DNA of 64,000 nt, taken from positions 1-64,000 of the forward strand of contig NW_026867900.1 in the NCBI RefSeq assembly GCF_020745735.1. The letters are read 5' to 3'. This document shows, piece after piece, positions 56,460 through 64,000 of this stretch. A program made the translations under genes and the position numbers. Each line of letters begins with the position of its first letter. The stretch's first letter is position 1. The stretch is from Hemiscyllium ocellatum (Eukaryota). The notes below the pieces were generated by a model, which was not told the DNA's origin, ran no database searches, and saw only the letters and a list, made by a program, of their open reading frames with translations.

Positions 56460-57510
56460 AGCGGGACGTCGGTGGGGGTCCGGCTGGGAATCGTCGGGCA
56501 ATAGCGATCATAACCTTTTTCTCTCTCTCTCGTCCACCGACCGCATCCCCCTCCCCCCCCCCAAGTTGAAGCCTTTCGGACCCCATATCGCAGAGTAAAT
56601 CGGGGCGGGGGTAGGCGAGGTGGGAAATCTGACGTTGGCGGGGGGGCGGGGGGCTGGACGGGAATGGTCAGGCAATAGCGATCATAACTTATTTTTCTCT
56701 CTTCCTTCGACCGCATCCCCTCCCAAGTTGAAGCCTTTCGGACCCCATATCGCAGAGTAAATCGGGGCGGGGGTAGGCGAGGTGGGAAAGCTGACGTCGG
56801 TGGGGGTCCGGCCGGGAATGGTCGGGCAATAGCGATCATAACTTTTTTTTCTCTCTTCCATCGACCGCACCCCCCTCCCGGCCCAAGTTGAAGCCTTTCG
56901 GACCCCATTTTGCAGAGTAAATCGGGGCAGGGGGTAGGCGAGGTGGGAAAGCTGACGTTGGCGGGGGTCCGGCCGGGAATGGTCAGGCAATAGCGATCAT
57001 AACTCCCCCACCAACTTGAAGCCTTTCAGAGCTCATTCATTGGGGTACACGGAGGAAATCTCTGGGGGTGGGGGAAGAGACGAGGCAGGAAGTCAGACAT
57101 TGGCGCACAGCCGGCTCGGGGCACGGTGGGATTTGTCGGGCAATAGCAATCATAATGTTTTTCTCTTCCACCCTCGCCCCAAAGTTGAGGCGAGGCAGAC
57201 CCCATTCGTCGGGGTTTGCACAGTAAATGAGGTGGGGAGGGGGGTGGAGAAACGAGGGCAGGAAGGTGGAGGGCGGCGTGTGCACCCGGCTAGGAATAGC
57301 GATCATTATGCTTTTTTTTCTCGGCCCACCCCCTCGCCAAGTTGAAACCTTTTGGGCCCCATTCGCCAGAGTTGGCAGAGCCAACGGAGGAGGGGCGTAA
57401 GGCGACGCAGGAAGGTGGTGCGCCCGGCTGACTACACAGGCCAGGCAATATTTGTTGGCCAATAGCGATCATAACTCTTTTTTTTTCCTCCACCTTCCCC
57501 TGCCAAGTTG
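56460..57510. repeat. ~155-175 bp diverged tandem repeat, 7 copies (core GGCAATAGCGATCATAAC-polyT...CCAAGTTGAAGCCTTTCGGACCCC)
   Basis: Core at ~56497, 56671, 56826, 56986, 57139, 57293, 57459. Confidence 0.88.
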
Positions 57511-57936
57511 GAGCTGGGCGGCCCCCAATTTGTTGGAGTTCACTGAGCACACGGGGAGGGGACGAGACAGGGAGGCGGCGAATGCGGAGCCTTCCCGCCG
57601 CAGCGCTCCGGGGACCCGGTCTCGAGTCCCGCCGGTGGCGGGGATTCAGACTCACTCGGGTGGACCGCTTCGGACGGAGATGAGGAGACAGCGTGACGGC
57701 GGGGCAGAGCAGGCTTGAGGGGCCGAACGGCCTCCTCCCGCTCCTGCTCTCCACTGTTAATCGCGTCCGAAATGAAAAGGTCCAATGCAGACTGTCGGAA
57801 AAGCCCATCTGGTTCACCGATGTCCTTCAGGGAGGGAATCCGGCTGTACTTACCTGGTCTGACTGAGTAAACCCAGAGCAATATGGGCGACAGCATATTG
57901 CAACGAAGAATGCGATAGGAGCTATCGTTAATATCG

Positions 57937-59315
57937 TGGGCAGCACAGTGGTTAGCACAGCGCCAGAGACCGGGGTTCAATTCCCACCTCAGGCGACTGC
58001 CGGTGTGGAGTTTGCACGTTCTCCCTGTGTCCGCGTGGGTTCCCTCCCACAGTCCCAAAAAAAAGTGCAGGTTAGGTGAATTGCCTGTCGTGTTAGGTTA
58101 GGGGTAAATGTAGGGGAATGGGTCTGGGTCGGTGTGGACTTGTTGGGCCGAAAGGCCTGTTTCCACGCTGTAAAGTAAGTCCGCAGGAGACACCAAGATT
58201 AGGGGGAAGGTGGTCACCTCAGAGCACCAAGGGACCTTTGACCAGACGGGCTGAGGATTGGCAGATGGAGTTTAATTTAGACAGATGTGAGGTGCGGCAC
58301 TTTGGAACGGCAAATCAGGGCAGGGCTTGTACGTTTCCTGGGGAATGTTGCCAGAGAGACCTCGGCGTGCAGGTTCATGAGCTCCTTGAAAGCAGAGTCG
58401 CAGGGAGACAGGGTGGTGAGGAAGGTGTTTGATACGCGCTTCCCTTTATTGATCACTGCAGCGAGTGTAGGAGTTGGGAGGTCATTTTTTGGAATCCTGC
58501 ATTCAGTTCTGCTCTCCCTGCTATAGGAAGGATGTTGTGAAAGGGCTCAGAAAAGATTGACAAGGATGTTGGAGGGTCTGAGCTACAGGGAGAGGCTGAA
58601 CAGGCTGGGGCTGTTTTCCCTGGAGCGTCAGAGGCTGAGGGGAGACCTTAGAGAGGTTTATAACATCATGAGGGGTGTAGATAGAGTAAGGGAGTCCAAA
58701 ACTAGATGGCTTCGGTTTAAGATAAGGGGGGAAAGATTTAAAAGGGGGAATTGACAAGGGGCATAGGTTTAGGGTGAGAGGGGAAAGATATAAAAGGGAT
58801 CTAAGGGGCAACTTTTCCCCCAGAGGGTGGTGCGTGTGTGGAACGAGCTGCCAGAGGAAGTGGAGGAGGCTGGGACAATGACAGCATCGAAAAGGCATCC
58901 GGAACAGAAGCAAATGGGAAAAGTTTAGAACGATACGGACCAAATGCTGGCAAATGGGACGAGATTAATTTGGAATCTGGTTGTCCGTTTTAGGAACCAC
59001 AGAATCCCTCCAGTGTGGGAACAGGCCCTTCGGGCCCAACAAGTCCATACTGACACTCAGAGTAAGACCCATTCTCCACTACTATCCTATATTTACCCCC
59101 CCTGAATGACACACCCTATCCTGAACACTACGGGCAATTTCCCACGGCCAACCCACCCGAACCTGCCCAGCTTTTGGACTGTGGGAGGAAACCCACGCAG
59201 ACACGGGGAGAACGTGCAAACTCCACACCGACAGACAGTCCACCCAAGGCCGGGATTGAAGCCGGGTCTCTGGCGCTCGTGAGGCAGCAGTGCTGCCCAC
59301 TGAGCCACCGTGCCT
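57937..59315. mobile_element. tRNA-derived SINE (+, ~57937-58175), CR1 3' fragment (+, ~58240-58980) and SINE (-, ~58995-59315)
   Basis: A/B-box-like GTGGTTAGCAC...GGGTTCAATTCCC; CR1 AEDWQMEFNLDRCEVRHFG and LSYRERLNRLGLFSLERQRLRGDL. Confidence 0.85.
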
Positions 59316-59849
59316 GCCCTTACTGTGCTGTTCAACTCCACCTTCTGATAGCGAGGAGGCAAGTGGGGTTCGAAAGGGGCTTGATAAGGGTCTGCTGTGG
59401 CGTCAAGGTGGCATCTCGGGCCAGAAGGTACAATCTTAGGATTCAGGGGCTCCACCTCAAGATCGAGGTGGCGAGGAGGAATTTCTTCCCTCTTTGAAAC
59501 CCCTCGCTGCAGGGTCGGGAGGGAGAGGGGAGGCAAGAGTCCTCACGTGTACGAGGCTGAGATCCCTAGCTTGTCGAGGCCAGGAGGACCGTCAGGTCGA
59601 CTGCAAGTGGTGCAGCAGGTTCGACGGGCCGAACGGCTTCCTCCCGCGCGTGTGCGCGCCTCTGAACGGAGTTCGAGTTTCGCTTCGTTCGGGGTGGGGG
59701 GGTGGGAGAACGGGACGGATGATGATGGATGAAGTTGGAGAAGGGTGGGGAAGTGAGGGGTCACGAGGCGGATCGGGCCCACGGGACTGACCAGCTCCTC
59801 TCCCTCTCTTGTTTCCGCCAGGTCAGCCGGGTGACGGAAGGAAGGGCCC

Positions 59850-62800
59850 ATGGCGTCGTCGGTCTGGAAGGGGCTGGTGGGCGTCGGGCTGTTTGCCCTG
59901 GCACACGCCGCTTTCTCTGCGGCACAGCGTGAGTGTTCTGGGAGTTTCCGGCCCCTCCCCGGCACTGCTGTCAGCCCGAGGGTCACGCCGCGCTCAAAGA
60001 TCTGGGATTCCTTTTATTTCCGGGGAGGGTGGGAGGGAAGGGAGTGAAAAAGTCAGGAGGTTTCTGTCAAGACGAGACAGTCAGTCCACGATCGAGGGGG
60101 CTCCGTATCCAAGCAGAGATGGACCGACCGGGCATGGAGTGGCCATCCAGAGGAGACTCACTCAGGTCGATCCCGGGGACAGGGGCTGGGGGGAGCTGTC
60201 TTCTTTGTGGAAGGAGAGGTCAGGTACCTTGGGGGCCTGTGTGCGTTCGGAACGATGAGAGGTGACCTGACTGAGGATTCGTGGGGGTTGGTGGCTCATC
60301 CCTCCCCTCCGCCCCCGAGTGGGAGAGTCGAGGATCAAAGAGGCGTTGCCTCCGAATTAGGGGCAGGAGACGGAAAGGAGGGGGCATTTCTTATCCCCGG
60401 GGGGAGCGAATCTGTGGAACCCTTTCCCACAGCGGCCTGCTGGTGTTGGGTCACTTCAGATATTCAAGGCTGAGAGACCGAGAGCTGCGTTAAGTGCATT
60501 AGTCAGTTGGGGAATGGGTCCGCGTTGGGCCGAATGGTCTCGTTTCCACACTTTAGAGATGATGTGAAAGATTCCGCCTCATTCTTCAAAGTTCCCCAGT
60601 GTGCCTCTCTTCCGAAACCAATCCTCGATACTTCGGAATCAACCCAGTGAGTCTCCTCTGCTCCCCCCTTCCAGTGCCTTTCTCAAGTAAGGAGAACAAA
60701 CCTGTACTCCAAGTGTCGCGTCACCAGCACTTTGTACACCTCCTTTTGTAAAGCATTGAGGGACCGGGACAGAAAGGGATTGACAAAAGCTTGTCGGCGT
60801 CTCTCTCGCCCTCTCGCGCTCCCTGTCTCTGACTTTCCGCAGCTCCGGCCCCCCCCTCCCCCTGCTCACCCGTGTTCTGTCTCTCCCACAGATCGATCAT
60901 ACATGAGGCTGACAGAAAAAGAGAATGAAACACTCCCGGCAGATGTGAGTAGCAGCTGTAACCCAGCCCTCGCGCCCTGCCTGGTTCTGGTTTCTAAAAG
61001 CAGGCATGGCAGCAGGCAACACTTGCATTGGTGGCCACAACACCCACGAAGAAAGGGGCCTGTTCTGTGCTTCTGATCATGGTGGTGAAGGGGTTAACTG
61101 TGGTTCAGGGACACACGCCTCTTGACTCTCCTGTTAGAGGGTCACTTGCATGGATACACCTGCGCTGTGGGAGGGTCAGCGCCGAGGGAGCCCCGCACTG
61201 TGGGAGGGTCAGCGCCGAGGGAGCCCCGCACTGTGGGAGGGTCAGCGCCGAGGGAGCCCCGCACTGTGGGAGGGTCAGCGCCGAGGGAGCCCCGTGCTGT
61301 GGGAGGGTCGGCGCCGAGGGAGCCCCGCACTGTGGGAGGGTCGGCGCCAAGGGAGCCCCGCACTGTGGGAGGGTCAGCGCCGAGGGAGCCCCGCACTGTG
61401 GGAGGGTCAGCGCCGAGGGAGCCCCGCACTGTGGGAGGGTCAGCGCCGAGGGAGCCCCGTGCTGTGGGAGGGTCAGCGCCGAGGGAGCCCCGCGCTGTGG
61501 GAGGGTCAGCGCCGAGGGCGTGCAGTGAACTGCGTTGTGTGGGATGAGGTACTTGCTGAACTGTCCGATGCTGTGAGGGGGTACTAATGTTAATCCCACC
61601 CCCCCCACTTCAATTCACAGATCGTTCTCCAAACCCTTGTGGCGTTTTTACTGACCTGTTATGGTATTGTCCACGTGGCGGGAGAGTTCAAGGACATGGA
61701 TGCGACCTCAGAACTTAAAAACAAGTAGGTGTTCATCACCCTTCAAACTGGGGGCAAGGGACAGTGTAGAGTGAGCTGCTTCATCCTGTATCTAACCCCG
61801 TGCTGTCCCTGTCCCTGTCCCTGGGAGTATTTGAGGGGGAGAAAGTGAGGATGGCAGATGCTGGAGATCAGAGCTGAAAATGTGTTGCTGGAAAAGCGCA
61901 GCAGGTCAGACAGCATCCAAGGAGCAGGAGAATCGATGTTTCAGGCATGAGCCCTTCCTCAGGAATGAGGAGGGCTCATACCTAAAACGTCAATTCTCCT
62001 GCTCCTTGGATGCTGTCTGACCTGCTGCGCTTTTCCAGCAACACATTTTCAGCTCAGAATTTGATGGGGGACAGTGTAGAAGGAGCTTTACTCTGTATCT
62101 AACCCTGTGCTATCCCTGTCCCTGGGATGGGGGGACAGTGTAGAGGGAGCTTTACTCTGTATCTAACCCCGTGCTGTCCCTGTCCCTGGGAGTGTTTGAT
62201 TGGGGACAGTGTAGAAGGAGCTTTACTCTGTATCTAACCCTGTGCTGTCCCTGTCCCTGTGATGGGGGGACAGTGTAGAGGGAGCTTTACCCTGTATCTA
62301 ACCCCGTGCTGTCCCTGTCCCTGGGATGGGGGGGACAGTGTAGAGGGAGCTTTACCCTGTATCTAACCCTGTGCTGTCCCTGTCCCTGGGATGGGGGGAC
62401 AGTGTAGAGGGAGCTTTACCCTGTATCTAACCCCGTGCTGTCCCTGTCCCTGGGATGGGGGGACAGTGTAGAGGGAGCTTTACCCTGTATCTAACCCCGT
62501 GCTGTCCCTGTCCCTGGGATGGGGGGACAGTGTAGAGGGAGCTTTACCCTGTATCTAACCCCGTGCTGTCCCTGTCTCTGGGATGGGGGGACAGTGTAGA
62601 GGGAGCTTTACCCTGTATCTAACCCCGTGCTGTCCCTGTCTCTGGGATGGGGGGACAGTGTAGAGGGAGCTTTACCCTGTATCTAACCCCGTGCTGTCCC
62701 TGTCCCTGGGATGGGGGGACAGTGTAGTGGGAGCTTTACCCTGTATCTAACCCGTGCTGTCCCTGTCCCTGGGATGGGGGGGGGACAGTGTAGAGGGAGC

Positions 62801-63594
62801 TTTACTTTGTATCTGACCCTGTGCTGTCCCTGGGATGGGGGGGGACAGTGTAGAGGGAGCTTTACCCTGTATCTAACCCCGTGCTATCCCTGTGCTGTTT
62901 GATGTTGGGGTGGGGGGTCTGGGAATGGAACCGATGCTAATTGTGTTTTCTCTCTTTCCTGACCCTCCCCACTCCCCCGTGTGTGTGTGAACCCCTCTGC
63001 CCCTGTGTCTGCACCTTCCTGTCTCTCACTCTCTGTCATTCCCCCCCCCCACACTCCATTCCCAAACCCTTTACTGTAACTGCCTCTGTCTTTCACTCTG
63101 TTTGTCTCCCCCTCANNNNNNNNNNNNNNNNNNNNNNNNNNNNNNNNNNNNNNNNNNNNNNNNNNNNNNNNNNNNNNNNNNNNNNNNNNNNNNNNNNNNN
63201 NNNNNNNNNNNNNNNNNNNNNNNNNNNNNNNNNNNNNNNNNNNNNNNNNNNNNNNNNNNNNNNNNCTTCATTCCCTTTCTCTCTCTCTCCTCTCTTCTCC
63301 CCCCACTTCCATTCTTTTCCCGTCCCTCACCCTCTCTCTCCCCTCCCTCGTCCCTGCCTTCCCTCCCTCTGCCTCTCGGTCTCCCTTGTTCCTCCCGTCT
63401 CTGCACTCTCGGCCCTCCCTCCCCCTCCCCCCTCCCCCAGAACCTTTGAGACCCTGAGGAACCACCCGTCCTTCTACCTGTTTAACCACCGCGGCCGGGT
63501 GCTGTTCCGGCCCCTGGACACCGAGACCAAGCCCCCAGCTCCGGCTGTGCCCTCCGCCCTCAAACTGCGCCAGCCTAAACCCGGCTGGCGTTAG
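59850..63594 (+). CDS. MMGT1: Membrane magnesium transporter 1 / EMC5, 129 aa; exons 59850-59928, 60892-60944, 61621-61724, 63441-63594
   Basis: 79+53+104+154 = 390 nt, GT-AG, in phase: [129 protein letters not shown]. Confidence 0.95.
61165..61520. repeat. 33-bp minisatellite (CTGTGGGAGGGTCAGCGCCGAGGGAGCCCCGCA)n, ~11 copies
   Basis: Tandem units. Confidence 0.95.
61757..62895 (+). repeat. ~60 bp minisatellite family F (GGGGACAGTGTAGAGGGAGCTTTACCCTGTATCTAACCCCGTGCTGTCCCTGTCCCTGGGATG)n
   Basis: Tandem units; monomers also at ~24005-24110 and ~36370-36425 (inverted). Confidence 0.95.
61836..62058. mobile_element. Fold-back Penelope-derived element with degenerate hammerheads, inserted in a family F unit
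   Basis: Palindrome 61870-62055; ATTTGA on both sides. Confidence 0.75.
63116..63265. other. Assembly gap (N run) in MMGT1 intron 3
   Basis: Run of N. Confidence 1.
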
Positions 63595-63637
63595 CCGGCG
63601 TCCGCCCGCTCGCTGCTGCCATGTGTCTGTGTCTGTC

Positions 63638-63693
<56 letters not shown>

Positions 63694-63936
63694 GGTTAGA
63701 GAGACCTCCCCAGATACAGGAGTGTGTGTGTCTCTGTCTGTCTCTGTATGTGTCTGTGTCTGTGTGTGTGTGTGGTGGGGTGGGGTGGGGGTGAATTCTG
63801 TCCCTCCTTGCCGTCGGAGATGGGGTTGGGGGTGGAGGGGATGGGGTAGCAGGGACCGGGGCCTCGTACTAATCTAGCTGCGCCCCAACCTTTCCCACGC
63901 GAGGTGGTGGGGACCGAGACCAGACGGACTGAACGC

Positions 63937-63942
63937 AATAAA
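63937..63942 (+). terminator. Polyadenylation signal AATAAA of MMGT1
   Basis: ~340 nt after the stop, followed by a pyrimidine/GT-rich tract. Confidence 0.7.
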
Positions 63943-64000
63943 CGGTCTCCTGCTTCTCAGAGGGTCTGCGTCTCCTCCTTTCGCTTTCCACACCCACCAA

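Noticed and set aside
55778-56586. 263/237-aa ORFs including MAAAGGGRRRRRR at 56117
   Set aside because: No recognisable homology; lies in the promoter CpG island. At most a uORF of MMGT1, which cannot be supported from sequence alone.
57937-58010. tRNA gene
   Set aside because: A/B-box-like head continues into a SINE body; no complete cloverleaf

Overview
This is vertebrate genomic DNA, very GC-rich and saturated with minisatellites. The CR1/SINE/Penelope repeat content points to a cartilaginous fish (shark), probably a microchromosome; that assignment is inference. Five spliced genes can be assembled by hand from GT-AG boundaries with consistent phases: the last two exons of BICDL2 (+), a complete 6-exon divergent RAB35 paralogue (+, 204 aa), HCFC1R1/HPIP (-), THOC6 (-, exons 1-11 visible, last two probably in an N-gap) and MMGT1/EMC5 (+, head-to-head with THOC6). 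About half the window is tandem repeat. The largest is a ~15 kb array of a 50-bp unit amplified from inside one CR1 LINE, with a ~6.27 kb higher-order duplication, and several repeat families recur at 3-4 separate sites. Main observations: (1) a RAB35 paralogue next to BICDL2, mirroring the human BICDL1-RAB35 pair, with a non-canonical G4 motif (NKSE); (2) short fold-back Penelope-derived elements carrying minimal hammerhead-ribozyme cores and target-site duplications; (3) an HCFC1R1 retaining a CCDC117-like segment; (4) a minisatellite made of ten copies of a working splice acceptor. Nearly all long ORFs in the supplied track are repeat artefacts. Homology calls rest on recalled reference sequences; no database search was run.
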